Positions 12,101 through 48,365 of a stretch of 64,000 bases of DNA are shown one piece after another. Position numbers and translations under genes: made by a program. A model generated the notes under the pieces. The model saw only the letters and a program-made list of their open reading frames with translations, was not told the DNA's origin and made no database searches. The stretch's first letter is position 1. Each line of letters opens with the position of its first letter. Source of the DNA: Botryllus schlosseri (taxonomy: Eukaryota); contig CM119372.1 of the NCBI GenBank assembly GCA_051294905.1, positions 39,682,001 to 39,746,000 of the forward strand, written 5' to 3'.

Positions 12101-15100
12101 TCTCAGAAGCGGCCATCTTTACCTAAAGACAATGTCGATGGTGGTGTACCAGTTACCCCACAGCCCACTGATGCCAATTTACCGAGTAAGACTTTACACT
12201 CCCCTAAGACTCGTCAGATCGCAAAGGACGCGTCACAGCTCCATGACCCAGTGCAAATATCAGGAACAGTGAAAACCCGCCATAATCCACACCAAGATCC
12301 GGTAAATATAGCCCGATCAACCCAACCCGAGATGGTAGCAGATGAAAGTAAGCCAATGAGATTCCCACAAAGCATGGGCCCCCGCCAGCTTGAGCACCGT
12401 ACTGAGCGGACTACCTTGGTGCCCAACCAGGCGCCCGTCCAAGACGAACAACGTGTTTCAACAACAAAGAAAGACCGCAGTACTAAACCAAACCCTAGTA
12501 AGTGCTTTTCAAACTAGAGACAATGATTTAGTAGGCTCGACTGTGAATATATAATATCCGTCATATCTAGTGCTATGGTTTGGTGCACTGTAAACAATGC
12601 ATGTAAAATAAATGACTTTGTCAGATTTTCACCCCAGCGTGGGTTGTCAATTAGGTAAGCGGCACTTTCACGTTTTGAATAGTTCTTTGACATTCATTCC
12701 AATGGGTGAATATCTCAACCTAGAGATATACGTTTTATAACCAGTTTCGTAGAAAATTGAGATTATTCCTATGAACGAGGCAACGAAATTCGGTTTCTGA
12801 ATTTGATTCGAGCGATTTAGATAGTTCGGTTCTGTTACTGTAAATCTACCCACTCTATTCCTAATGGATTCTTAAATTGGCTACATCTTATAAGAATGTT
12901 CTTTTCAATACACCTCTGTCTTCGCAGCTTCAACAAGCGACGAGGTAGCGGCAGTGTCAGCATCTATGCAGGGAGCCAAGGCTTGGGAAATAATGGCTAT
13001 GGACGAAGTTCTGCGTCTCGCGCGCGACTCAAGATATCTGCCATCGCCGACCATATCCGTGAGGACTGAAGACTCCACTATGGAGTCCAAGGAAGTGTTG
13101 AGGTAACGGGGAATGATCAGCTAATCCAGACAATGCTGTAAAACAGTGTTCGTCAAACATAATGCCACTTGGATAATATTCAAGGTAACAAACGCCCTTA
13201 CCCCCTAACATGGACGATAAGGCACAAACGTTGGTCGTTTCCGGTTAATATATATCATAGGCAGCACGATGCACATTTTCAAACTCACAACTCTGTAGAG
13301 ATGTTAAAACAGACGCTATGAAGAAATACAAACTTTCGTTAAAATGTCATTGTACTTCATTGTGGTGCATTGGCTTCTTAGAAATTCATCATACTCGTAC
13401 AGCAGTTTATAAATGTATGTACAATACACCTCTCTGGGTATAAAATCTGTTCGTAATAATTGATTGGTCAGAGACCTGAACATCGCATGCCAATGAACAT
13501 AAATGGGACGCGTCGGTGACGATTTCAGATTGAATGCGACTTGTACAACAGCGAACGACGTGACAACGTTTTTCTCTTCTTAGTGCACAAATATAGATAA
13601 TTATTAATGGTTTTACCACTGTTTTTTGTACTGTATAACGCCTGTATTTTCTCTAAGATCCCCCATCGTTCAGTTTTTTCTCGTAATATCTGTCCAAAAG
13701 TCGTTATTTGCGAGTGAGTTCTTTATAGTTTCCAACTTTTACCGGCTATACTTGAAAAATGTCTGGGGGCCGGAAATAAGGCATTATCTTTTTGTGACTG
13801 TAAATCATTTCGTGAGCGTTATAAATGGTCATCGACTAATTCTTAACTTTAGCGACATAACCTCTCGTAAATATAGTTGAGTAGCCCTGTTGTATATTGT
13901 CAGTCGATTTCTCGAGTTGCGTGATTTGCGACCAACCAGAAGATGAATCTAATATGCGTATTCAACAGTATATGGTCGTATTTACATTGCATTTTCTCTT
14001 CTCGTTGCAGGGATCGCATGGCAGAAGCAAGTCGATGGTTCCTGGTACAGCAGGCCGGCGGCAAAGCCCACTTAAAAGATTCCAAGGTATCGCAGAGAAT
14101 GCGACAAACCGCGAACACTTTCTTGAGGCCAAAGCATCACCAGTCCGCACATAAGCCAAGACCGATGGTGGGACCGATACCACAGGGAACAAAATCGGGC
14201 CCGATGCCCGCCAGGATCATTCCCACCAGCTCGGTCAACTTGTCCCATCAGACTATGAACTCAGCGAGGCAGCAGTTGAGACCAAACGCCAGTCATAGTG
14301 CGAGTACAGTGGCCAATGACGAAGGTAATTATGCGCACAGTATTCCAAATTCTGATATATACTAATTTAGTTTACCTGAGGCTGAGCACTGTAAACGAAA
14401 ATGGTGTATTTCGTCGATTTTTACCGATACCGATAAGACCAATTTCTAGCACCTTTACCTATGACGACAATATATTCAGCAGATATTTGAACATATGGTA
14501 TATACCTTTTAAGGGCCATTTTCAAAACGCCAGGCCTTTTTCCACAGTACGCAAGTAGATTTTGCGTATTCGCACTATTTACTCGAGCTGTTATGGTGTT
14601 AGTTTTCAAAACTACGCCTGGAAGAGTTACTTGTTACTTATTTGCAAAACGCAACTGTTACTTGTATATGATTAAAATATACGCCGTAACTTGTACTTCG
14701 ATTTGACTACCAACGATTATTATTTTGACTTCATCGTGTAAGAATATATTAATATTCCCCGTGTAGCAGTCGCAGATTATCGCTCTCTCACTTCAAACTA
14801 TTCTGTTGCTACGTCACCAAAATCGGCGATTCATCTTTACCCCCAATTGTCGATACCGATGTTTCTTTCATAGTATGCTATCGATTTGACATGATCGGCG
14901 AAACCATAATCGGCCCATCCCTACTACAAACTGCAAACGTATGACTGAGTTATGACTCGGAACCCTGTGACTTAATTACAAGCTTGGTACTCGCTGACAA
15001 TTTTCCAAATTATACTTGACAGATCAACACTCGAACACTGGCAAACATCGAACGGCTACTTACAGAAGCAATCAAATCGGGTCGATCGCATCAATCAGAC

Positions 15101-16810
15101 CTTCTAGCGCGAAAAGCAGCATATCTAACGCGTCGACTATACGAGCCAACGACAGCACGTCGTCGAGCCCGTCAACGTTATCGGGGAATTCAGTAATCGA
15201 GAACACAACAAGAGACTCAAATTTACAGCCGCAGACTCCAGACAACGATAGGAAGAAGCAGTCTACATCACCTGCTTCGTCAGCGCGGTCCAGTATAGGC
15301 AAATACAGTCCAAATCACACCAAGTCCCAAGTCTATTCCTCTCGCGATATAAACTCATCTGCGGCCCAAGTCACAGTTCCCATACCTGCGAGACACAGCA
15401 GCTTTCTCAGAAAAGTGCAACCTCCCTCACCAACCATCGGGCGCGGGAAATCTCCCGCTAGATCAAACCATGCGACGTCATCCGGAGTTCAAACTGCAAT
15501 TGATGCGAAGCAGAATTCTGTATCGAACAGCCAGTCGACGAATCGAACAGCCCAGACGCATAATAAGAAAGAAAACTTCAACAGCTTCGCATACTTCGTA
15601 CCGCGGACCACGCCTAAAGACACTAAACATCAAGGTGAGTGACATCAGCTATACCAGTGATTCTAAAACTGTTTTGACTCATCGCCCCCATGTCAAGCTT
15701 GACATAAATTTATCGCCTCTCTAAAGACTAGAGGTCATCTATATGGTTAGCTTTTTTCCGCAGAATTCAAGTCAGCTGTATTCGCTTGCTCAAGCAGTTA
15801 TGCTCGTATAGTACTTCAACACTTTATGCGCTCCTGCCTCTAAAAATAGCGGGTGAAATCGACTACTTTAGGAACCACTTAGCAGCATACAAAAAGATTG
15901 AACTACTAAAATATTTTCAGTTATCTAAATTTTAATTGAATAGTACAGTCATATTGAAATGAACCCGAATATTTTCGGCTGACACTAGTCAGGGGTAATT
16001 GTCAGCAACTAGTAGAGAATTCAAAAGAACACCGATTAAAAAGAGCATATATTAGAATTAGGATGATATCTGCACACTGCACAGTTTCTTCCCAATTAGA
16101 TTATAATTGCATTACCATCATTAAGCTCTAGTTTGACAATTAAAATTATGCATAATTGTCCCTGTCTGATATACATCACTTCGATAAATATGAAATAATG
16201 ATTTTCATTTCAGAAGCCGACCGCACTCCGACACTGGACACGTCGTCGCGCGGTAATGTCAACAACAACAAAAGCTATTTCTCAAATTCAAGGTAATGCT
16301 TAATTGGATTTTTATGTTCTATCGCAATGACGTTAGAGACGAAACACAGTTTCTGCAGCTTGAAGGGTTGCCCTACAGGTCAGAGATGAACGTCGATGTG
16401 AATTTATATTGAAAAAAAAACGGATTAAAGATTACGACCGCATTCGACTTGTATTGGCATTCACCATTTTTGCATAACTTGCTGAGGATTTGGACATTAC
16501 AATACTTTACTAACAGTCGTACGACTTTCCTATAAAGTTGATTCAATGTCGGCTTTTGACTTTTGAGTTTAATCACAAATGCCAAATATCATTTGGAATC
16601 CAAAATATCAAATTCGTTCAGCTCTGAAATATGATATAGGCTATCCCTGTACTACTATACCTATACTTAAGCAACGTTAAGTGTATATTTTCACTGATGG
16701 TGTTATGTGTGGTTTTCATATATTTTGTATAGCACGCTGCATTATATTTTCTGTGTCACAGCTCTGCACCTGTAAAGAGAAAGAAAATGACGAAAATATT
16801 CCGGTTTTAA
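1..16810 (+). CDS. SNCAIP: Synphilin-1 (alpha-synuclein-interacting protein)-like ankyrin-repeat/coiled-coil gene, 5'-partial, 9 visible exons
   Basis: Exons <1-156, 10826-10995, 11207-11343, 12090-12497, 12928-13102, 14011-14324, 15023-15634, 16214-16292, 16762-16810. All junctions are GT-AG with consistent phases (2100 nt, ends TAA). Ankyrin repeats are followed by YLVVVETCMSLAQQ, matching the synphilin-1 motif YLVVVETCMSLASQ. Confidence 0.85.
779..1060 (+). mobile_element. tRNA-derived SINE-like repeat
   Basis: A-box-like TGGCATAGTGG and B-box-like GGTTCTAGTCC at the 5' end. Homologous copy at 41056-41890 and a 3' fragment at ~24660-24757. Confidence 0.65.
3019..3397. mobile_element. Degenerate MITE
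   Basis: Inverted ends CACTGGTCAACA ... TGTTGACC(ATG)CAGTG; no clean TSD. Confidence 0.45.
4588..5038. mobile_element. MITE, TAGGGTTG family
   Basis: TIR TAGGGTTG / CAACCCTA; degenerate TSD; opposite-orientation relative at 47772-48365. Confidence 0.7.
5627..5785 (-). repeat. 3' LTR
   Basis: Identical to 9660-9818; preceded on the minus strand by PPT AGGGGGGGA (5786-5794). Confidence 0.95.
5901..8930 (-). CDS. pol: Retrotransposon Pol (protease-RT-RNase H-integrase), probably translated by -1 frameshift from gag
   Basis: VDTG protease; RT LDLRKAYLQI, MGFGLNVAP, YIDD; RNase H CDAS/AELDA/TDS/NIADSL; integrase HHCC + D,D,E (LDIT, TDQG, IERNH). Frame is open back to the slippery site at 8924-8930. 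Confidence 0.93.
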   Translation of the reverse strand, partial: GKRPGRDVGTGRPLRIALGGRKVLPFVPVEICGMVTNGLVDTGCERSVIHEDLCKQLGLTPKGPYIVVEMLNGTLTTCPGWVRAKVTIDGIAVEIEFLVASDLVYNAKIVLGDDIVKVLGGVEVDADLNAKFGLRAIKACVATKVASSIQPVEVVDCDFKAVFDGEKWTVEWVWENEEEPEIRNRCAMYPVPSECCEAFTGEVDQWIKDGWLQEYCPAKHGHQDGLIPLMAVKQPNKQRKVRPVMDYRELNTYVTSHPGLDTAVCQEKLRSWRTTGENAYVLDLRKAYLQIHVSERLQRFQVVEYQGKRYVMTRMGFGLNVAPKIMSKIIGTVLGLDEEVAQGTDHYIDDIWVDASVVDVGKVKNHLAKYGLQTKEPVSICDARVLGLRVMAEEGGVRKWRRDGELPVVAESLTKRALFSLFGKLMGHYPVAGWLRVACSYVKRLANEVEWDAVVPEQVRTLAEDVMARVRKEDPVGGIWCVSPSGQAQVWCDASNLAVGCCLRVDGAVVEDAAWMRKQSDSGHINVAELDAVVKGLNMVLKWNIKNVEVVTDSTSVYNWVSSILEDSHRPKVGGISEMVTKRRLGIISQLIEEYALKLTIRLVPSGENIADSLTRVPKTWLKRVGMAVGAANALRNQVREIHEKHHLGIARTLFLAQRCIADDVSQELVKNVIGNCRMCQQIDPSPVRWEHGQLSVENVWERLALDITYVGNQPYLSMIDCGPSRFTIWRKVANESADQIIRNLQQVFLERGPPSQILTDQGAGFTCQKTVQFLKDWGVTHMTSCGYKHSGNGIIERNHRTIKRMAARSGRSVEEMAFWYNHTPNAEGIVPAEAVLRYPVRLPGSPVNEMNRSTDANPYVVGEEVFVKPGNARCFTPWREGTVTGIVADAVVEVDGRNRHVADVRHMVGERRKIAGSGKVPSRMLELVFDGDEVGEVREYDNPEPPDAVSQRDLVFNQEEVGQEREHNNLEPPVEGTVQRASEDGQDTERASRDRVPPRWWADYFVDV
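8876..9643 (-). CDS. gag: Retrotransposon Gag with two CCHC zinc knuckles
   Basis: ATG at 9643 (MTSVKLTDIV...); CYICKEEGHIARDC and CFACGQWGHIARQC. Confidence 0.9.
   Translation of the reverse strand: MTSVKLTDIVKNYVDYGTSGDFAEWAEKLELVAKLQDSTASLVNTLPLLLDGPAFAVYKQLPEATRKDYKLIKKGLLAAFGVDCYVAYEQFRNRVLQVGESVDVFLSDLKRLAMLIGLDGDRANPIIKCAFIAGLPADAKTQLKSMAEVEQLELDRIASRARVLLPTKDGESVFCAAGAQRRVYGPCYICKEEGHIARDCRSRNSTGAQRYYDNAPRKCFACGQWGHIARQCKGNPAAGKGQGGTLAPDAPSASH
9660..9818 (-). repeat. 5' LTR
   Basis: Identical to 5627-5785. Confidence 0.95.
10826..10995 (+). CDS. SNCAIP: SNCAIP-like exon (last ankyrin repeat + conserved helix)
   Basis: tgcag| VLVGKGASVTVLNSNGDTPGQVADKNGMDLCVGYLVVVETCMSLAQQ...ENE |gtgag. 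Confidence 0.9.
11207..11343 (+). CDS. SNCAIP: SNCAIP-like exon (coiled coil)
   Basis: ttcag| LVKDNANLKSQVQALNEAK...DEDE |gttgg; phase 2 to 1. Confidence 0.8.
12090..12497 (+). CDS. SNCAIP: SNCAIP-like exon (P/Q/T-rich disordered region)
   Basis: tttcag acceptor, gtaagt donor, open frame within ORF 11951-12517. Confidence 0.75.
12928..13102 (+). CDS. SNCAIP: SNCAIP-like exon
   Basis: cgcag| STSDEVAAVSASMQGAKAWEIMAMDEVLRLARDSRY... |gtaac; phase-consistent. Confidence 0.7.
14011..14324 (+). CDS. SNCAIP: SNCAIP-like exon
   Basis: Pyrimidine tract + tgcag acceptor, DRMAEASRWFLVQQ..., gtaatt donor. Confidence 0.75.
15023..15634 (+). CDS. SNCAIP: SNCAIP-like exon (Ser-rich)
   Basis: Within ORF 15016-15642; gacag acceptor, gtgagt donor. 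Confidence 0.8.
16214..16292 (+). CDS. SNCAIP: SNCAIP-like penultimate exon
   Basis: tttcag acceptor, gtaatg donor, phase-consistent. Confidence 0.65.
16762..16810 (+). CDS. SNCAIP: SNCAIP-like terminal coding exon (SAPVKRKKMTKIFRF*)
   Basis: cacag acceptor; in-frame TAA at 16808-16810. Confidence 0.55.
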
Positions 16811-17748
16811 AGATTCAAAAGGACTAAACGTATCGTGATATTCGCATCTGATGAAAAATCGACAAAAATACGTCCTAACGAGATTGAGTCATCGAAGCGT
16901 GTTTTAGTAATTGGGAAATGCATGCTCAGGCATATTCCCCACCAATGAAATTCAAGTCATTTAAAATCACCTTTACCAAATCGTACTACTTACAGAACAA
17001 CCTGCAGTGCTGCTCATTGCTTATACAGTTATTGGCCTATGGCATTCGACGTGCTATAATCTATTCTATCATCTATTCAGCCATGTGATCAATCGCAACG
17101 TTGGTCCCCAACCTTTTCCGACTCTTATCCCGCTTATCAATATGGACACAAATTTTCGCCCCCTCCATATATAGGGATCTGAAAAAGAGGACATCTAATA
17201 GGGAAATTTATTTACCTAACTCTGATTGTTGGTGAATTGACTAAAAAAGACCATTTGCCGTGGTAGTAGGTGCTTCGCAAACCGGTTCCTTTTCTCTAGT
17301 CGTATGCAGAATATGCCGCTTTCACGTCCTTTTTTCGACCTGGTTAATTAAATATACCTCACTGGACGTTGTAACATTTTTGCCCCCTTTTCACTCAAAA
17401 TCACCTACTGGCTGGCGATATCGTCCAGACTTCTATGACTGGACACTGCACCCTGTTGGTTGGTAAATTGATATCTTATTAGCCATCGAATTTTGGTATA
17501 TTGTGCGCTACAGTTACTTACCTTTATATAGTATCCAGCATCCACTGTATAATTGATTCTATCGGGTCAGCAAGAAAATCACTTTCGTCATAAGTATTTA
17601 AAGTACTACGTGTTGTTAAAATGATCGAAATATTTATCACATTTTCCTCACTGTCGATGCGCGAAAACTTTCAACGCGTTTCATATGTTTATATTTTATG
17701 AAATAAATAACAGATACATTGCAATCTCAAATTCGTCAGGGCGTAGCA

Positions 17749-42282
<24,534 letters not shown>

Positions 42283-43129
42283 TGCTTCAGACCCAAACTC
42301 CCAATTATTTATATCGATCGTTGTAGTTTACAAGACCTCATTATTACGTAACAATCGGGCCGTAAATATTCAAAATTTGGCAGTTTTGAGAATTTTCGTC
42401 TAAACAGATGTGTAGTGACTGAATCCCAATTTCTTGCGGTCAAAGACACCATACACCATAATTGTTTCATTAACTCACTTGTATACTATGGGAATCAGGC
42501 ATTTGGTCCGTTTTTTCAAAATGCGTAATGATTAAAGCGTTTTAAAATTGTATTCTATATGATGTTTTCTTTTGGGAAAGTACCTTTTATTTGTCTCGTG
42601 CAATTTCGTAGATTATCTCTATGTTACTGCAAGCATTACGTTGCCACACAAGTTTTACATGTCACGAGCTTTTGTTGTGTGTCCAAAATAATCTCGTATA
42701 TAGTTTACGTTCAGTCATCGATGATTAGGCAACCTACATCGCTGACATATGTCACAAAGAAATTGAGGACAGAATTGGTGGATCAGGGCTGTTAAAATGT
42801 ATAATTTTATCCAAAATATTCATAATATAAACGCAGAATACTTTCCACGCATCAAAAATACAATATTACCTAGGGGGTTGGCAACAGGGAAAGTAGCCTA
42901 TATGGGAAAACTATCCAATATGGTATGAATCAATTGAGGCGGGTTTGAAGTATGGAAAATTTTCATTCCATACCATAACATGTCCAACTTACTATTATTT
43001 AAAAATTGATGTTAGTATAGTTAACTAAATTGAATCTTTTGAATAGCTCCAATTCGAAACACGGGCCTGTGAATAATACCCAATCTCTTACCCCCAGAAC
43101 ACATAAATATGCGAATTAAACACAAATAC

Positions 43130-43968
43130 CAAGGGGCTGCCAACCGGCGGCCCGCGGGCCAAATGCAGTCCGCGACGTAATTCTCGAAGTTAGTTGTAAC
43201 ATCAGGTAAAATTGCAAGGCTAACCAAAATTTGATCAGCCTGACCTCGAAATTTGATGATGACTAAAACATCAGTTCCGGCGCATTGGCGTCACCAGAGG
43301 CCGGTCACATTTATCGGATATCTTCGCATATGACCATTATGTAAATATTTCGTAGCAGATTTATTTGACTTGAAATGTTTCTTAGCACTTCACATGATTT
43401 ATTGTCACTCGACTTCTTTGGCATCGGAGCACCATCGTGAAAATTATAAATACGCGTAATTTACAAAATTGAATCTAACTATATTCGCAATTAGGAGATA
43501 ACGTGTCGTCCAACATGCGAATTCGCTTGTGCGCTCGCAACGAGGTCGTAGGCGATCAAACATTTGCACAAAATGATAGAGGCATGTTTACCGAAACCTT
43601 CGATATTGCTATGTCTAAACGCCGAATAATCATGTCCTTGCCAAATTACCCCTGTGGTATACAGAGGCGACCCCAACATATACAAGTAACATATTTATTG
43701 TTCGAATTCATTCATTACCGTCGAACAAAAATTTAGCGCCTCGCGCGACTGGGACTTAATTTTACACTGCACAGTTGTACTGTACACACAGTGTTCATGA
43801 CATAATTGTTAATGGTTTACAGCGCAGTAATATAAGTCTTGTTTTCAACGTTGCCTAAATCGGTTCGCTGCTATCGGACGACTAAAAAAATTATCAACAT
43901 TCAAATGGCCCGCACGTTGGTTCGTGAATCTCATGGGGCCCTTTGGCTGAAGAGGTTGGCCACCCCTG
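43130..43968. mobile_element. hAT-type MITE
   Basis: CAAGGGGCTGCCAACC / GGTTGGCCACCCCTG; GGCCCGC subterminal motifs; TSD unclear. Confidence 0.65.
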
Positions 43969-44020
43969 ATTTACACAAACATATACGAAACTATATGTTA
44001 TCTTATTCAATGGTATAGCG

Positions 44021-44994
44021 CAGTGGTTCTCAACCTTTTTTGCTTCACGGACCCCTTTTGACCACCACGGACCCCGCGGACCCCCTCAAGTTTTAGTTGA
44101 AATTTGGCCCAATTGTGGTGCAACTGTCATCAGTCTTGTGCGAATATGAACTGTAGGCTTGTGATAAACAGCAACTAAATGATTTTTTTTTGAAAATAAC
44201 AATATACTATTTAGTTTTACATTTACATTTATGTAGAAATTTGGTAGAATTTTATTATTTCGAAGAAAATTTTGCATCTGTATATCTTGAAGTATGTGGT
44301 CTTAAAAATCCGCGACTTCGCTTTGACATGAACGGGTGCCAAAAATTCATTTCCACAAAGATAGATGAAGCCTAACGTAATATTAACGCGTAACGCATCC
44401 GACGACACTTTTGGTGTGATCGCAACATTTACGGCGCCAAAAGGAATAAACATATTTTTAATGAACGTTTCACGTCCAGCCTAGTCATTTTTATCCAGCA
44501 TCTCATCATGAAGTTATTCTAGAATAGTGGTTATGTATTTCACGGGATAAAATGGATTTCGTGTTGAGATTTCATTCCCTTCATTGGGAAATTGGGAAAA
44601 TACTTCAGGAGTTTTATTTCAAACGACTGTTCACTAATTTTATGACACTGACAACTCCAAATCGCAAAGGTTTCTCAAACATTACGAAGTCATCCTGATT
44701 GATCATTGCTATCTCCATATTTTTTATTTTTTCCACATACCCCAACAAAACTTCTCTAAACAGCAATATGTTTGTATCCGTAGGTTATTAGCAATTTGAC
44801 AATTGAAATGGATTTCATTCCAGACGATTTTTCTGAGGATGTGAGTAATGAGGTTTTAGCGGTTGTGTAGGAAAACTGCCTCATTCTTTCCCTAATTCAA
44901 AAAATTAAAAATTAGTTTATTAATCATTTTGCAAATTCAGAGGTCTTGCGTATCCCCTGAAATTGCTTCGCGGACCCCCGGTTGAGAACCACTG
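44021..44994. mobile_element. hAT-type non-autonomous element
   Basis: TIR CAGTGGTTCTCAACC / GGTTGAGAACCACTG; perfect TSD GTATAGCG. Confidence 0.92.
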
Positions 44995-46064
44995 GTATAG
45001 CGGTTCTACAGCAGTGTATCATCTACATTTCCTTATCATATGGGAATGTAAGTGTGTACCACAATGACTACAACCGCATCGCGTAGGGGCTGAGAATATG
45101 ACACAAGTATTATTCTAAACTTGTCACGAACAATATTTTGGCTGCTTGTCAGCTGATATATATCGATTCGCGCATAGCCTACATTTGACGAACCTAATTG
45201 GCAAAAGTGCATTGAGACTATATTGTCATTCGATAACACACATCCGTTGGCAACGTTACGACACCGGACGTTAAAATTGCTTCGGATGTAATGCCGACAG
45301 TTTGCAAGAATTGATTAGCATCGTTAATCCTAAAATGGAGATCTCATATGGGAGCTCTTTAAAAACGAAATAATGAACAGACTAGTTGTACCGGAGGCCA
45401 ATCCCTATATGATGACGGTGTTGGCCATAACTAGAATGAATTTTAATCGTGTTTGTTGACGTACGATTTGATTGGTATATCTGCTTGCATCTGTCGCCAA
45501 GAGATATCAATCATTCATTTGCATTTTCCGGCATTCGTATGGAAAATCAAGAAGCGTCGACTTCTTTTTTTTTCCTGTGCAGTATGTGAATAGACCATCA
45601 AATTTCTTTAAAATTATGGGCATTTTACAGTTGCTGTTCATTGTGATCAACATGTGTACGGTCTTCAGGTTAACTGTTGTATAGTTCAATATGTTGAGTG
45701 ACAGAGTTATGCAGAGTAACTTACAGATTGAAATTAATATCTGATAATGATTTAGCTTTGACACCAATTCCATCAGGTGGAATCAAGTCATATGCACCAG
45801 CCCTAAAAGATCTGCAGTCGACGTCGCTTAATTCGGCCGAATTCAGCGGACAAAAGCATCTGTCCTAGTTTATCCTAAAATATATTGATCACTTCATACT
45901 CGTGCGTAAAGACACAGCCCATTTAAAATAATGTACGGTTGCGTAATATTGCAGCTATAATACAGTAATTGGCAATGGTCGCAAAAAAAAACGAGTATTA
46001 GTTATACATTCAGGTTAGTTCTAGTATACAGTATTTTCTATACGAAACCATTCAACAAATACTG

Positions 46065-47727
46065 TAGTGGTTCCCAACCTTTTTGGATGTCGGAGCCGCA
46101 TGAAAATACTCGAGTATAGACTACTTAGAACGACCATTTAAAGGTAGCTAGCCTACCTCTGGATCTCACCATCCAGCTAATTCAAAAGCATGCACATAAA
46201 CTTCTGTAGATTCTATATCGGTTATTTTAGCAACTATTGACACTGATTGGCGAGTGATGTACATTGAAATACATTAAAAACGCATATCATTACTACAACG
46301 TACTAGGGATGGTGTGAACGTGAGGTTCACGTTCCCGTTCTGTGGGTGAACCTCAGAAATTTAGAGGTTCACGTTCACAAACGAACCTTGGTAGGTTCTG
46401 CACTGTGAACCTGTTTCATATATTACAATTTTCACTTCATTATAACATCTTTGATGGAGAGTTATTGCATTTCAACTGCGAGCCACTCTATACATGGTGC
46501 TGGCAGCATAAGACAGACCAATACTAAACGAAAACGAGCATATACCTTGACAATCTCAAAATTTTTACGTGCTTTGTTGTAAAAGAAATATCCAGTTTTC
46601 CGTTTGCGAATATTTAGTGACTCTCTGCTGTGAGCTTGACCCGAAATCACACAACATCACGAGCGAACAGCAAACTACACTACATTTTGTCAGCGAATGA
46701 TGCTTATTCAACCAATCAATGAAATCTTGACTTCATATGTTTATTGTATCATAAAAACCAAATCCTTGCGATTGGGGTGTTGGCTACTGCCGTAAAACTT
46801 GTTAATGGGTAGGCCTAATATCGGTAGCAAGTATAGAAACCCGTTTTACACTCTGTTCAATATCAACGTAGCAATACCCAGACGCCAGAGACATTGTCCG
46901 GTCTGGCCTAGACTGTTGTGACGTAAGCTTATATTCCCTTGCAAGTCCTCGTCGACATTGTAGGCAAAGCGACGGAATATATTGATTTTATGGGATTATT
47001 ATATCATTTAATTGCTCCAGTTGATACATTAGGCGACGTTTAAACGTCAACATGTACTTCAGCATTGTGGCATTATGTGGCCCGAGTCGTCGCTAGGTAC
47101 CGTGTACATTTATATAGGCTGTCACTTCATTGAACTGTAGGGCTGGAATTAGCAATATGACGTCACGTGACGTCATGAGGTTCACGTTCGCGTTCACACA
47201 GAAACTTTCAAAAAGGTTCGCGTTCACACGAACCTGAACCTTTCAGAGGTTCGCACCATCTCTACAACGTACCATTATGTTGTTAATAGCATTCCAAACA
47301 TTCCAGCACTTGATGCAAAAGTTTACGGGGTATTATACGCTGAGTAATATTGGGCTTATTGTAATTTATAATTGACTATATGAGCCGTTATTTTGATGTT
47401 AGTAAAGTTGTGTCAAAATCTACTCTTCACAGAGACGATGAAGGTCTGTGACCACGACCAGCAGAACTCAAGATATATCCTTGTCTGGCGATTCATCCAT
47501 GAGTTTCACGCTAGTCTGCCGGAATTCTCTTTCCCAGTTTTCAGGTGCGGCCTTAAACGGCTTTACACATAACTAATATCCCTTATTTGAGCATTCATAT
47601 ACATAAATTGACTATAACTATTCACAGAAACAAACAAGAAGTGGCGGCTATAATATCTTTGTGGCATATTTATTAGTCAATCAGAGATGCAAAAAGGCTA
47701 CCTTGGAGCCGCGGTTGGGAATCACTG
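46065..47727. mobile_element. hAT-type element hosting a nested MITE
   Basis: TAGTGGTTCCCAACC / GGTTGGGAATCACTG with GAGCCGC motifs; no TSD match. Confidence 0.65.
46304..47264. mobile_element. hAT-type MITE with GTTCAC/GAACC repeats
   Basis: TAGGGATGGTGTGAAC / GTTCGCACCATCTCTA; perfect TSD CAACGTAC. Confidence 0.88.
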
Positions 47728-47771
47728 CTGTATACTGTGTTACAGTGTAACAAACGCATATAGGTACTAGG

Positions 47772-47829
47772 TAGGGTTGCATTTAAAACAAACAGGTCGA
47801 AAACACGGCCCATATTTAAAACATGTTTT

Positions 47830-47878
<49 letters not shown>

Positions 47879-48365
47879 GCTGTTGTTGTTTCCTTTTGTC
47901 TTTCTCGGCGTGATGTCACGAAACATAAATTATTACGTCACATTGGATTGACATTGAGAATTGAAAATGGATGCTTCGACGAAAAAGGCTCCCGACCACT
48001 GTCATAAACAGACCGAAAATATCTTTACCAGGACTACATCGTTATGCAACATTTTACGGTCGGCGGTCATCATCATCAGAACACCCATTCCGTACCAATT
48101 GTCTATATCTACTTGCGATAACTACTGAACCAACGGATATTTGGAGGGTTCCAGCCACTCCATATCGTATGCGCCGACTATATTGGGTGCAAACTGTCCG
48201 TATGCTTATACTACATGTTTTTCTAAAGTTTTTGCACGATTATGGCATATTTTTACAACGTTTGAAAAAAAACAAAAAATTTTCAAGGCATTTGTTTAAA
48301 ACACTTTTTAAAACATGTTTTAAAAACACTATTTTGAAACAGCGTTTGTTTTAAATGCAACCCTA
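47772..48365. mobile_element. MITE, TAGGGTTGCATTTAAAACA family
   Basis: Perfect TIR TAGGGTTGCATTTAAAACA / TGTTTTAAATGCAACCCTA. Confidence 0.8.
47832..47890. repeat. (GTT)n microsatellite
   Basis: Visible array within the MITE. Confidence 0.95.

Noticed and set aside
47777..48007. Poly-valine ORF
   Set aside because: Translation of a (GTT)n microsatellite inside a MITE.
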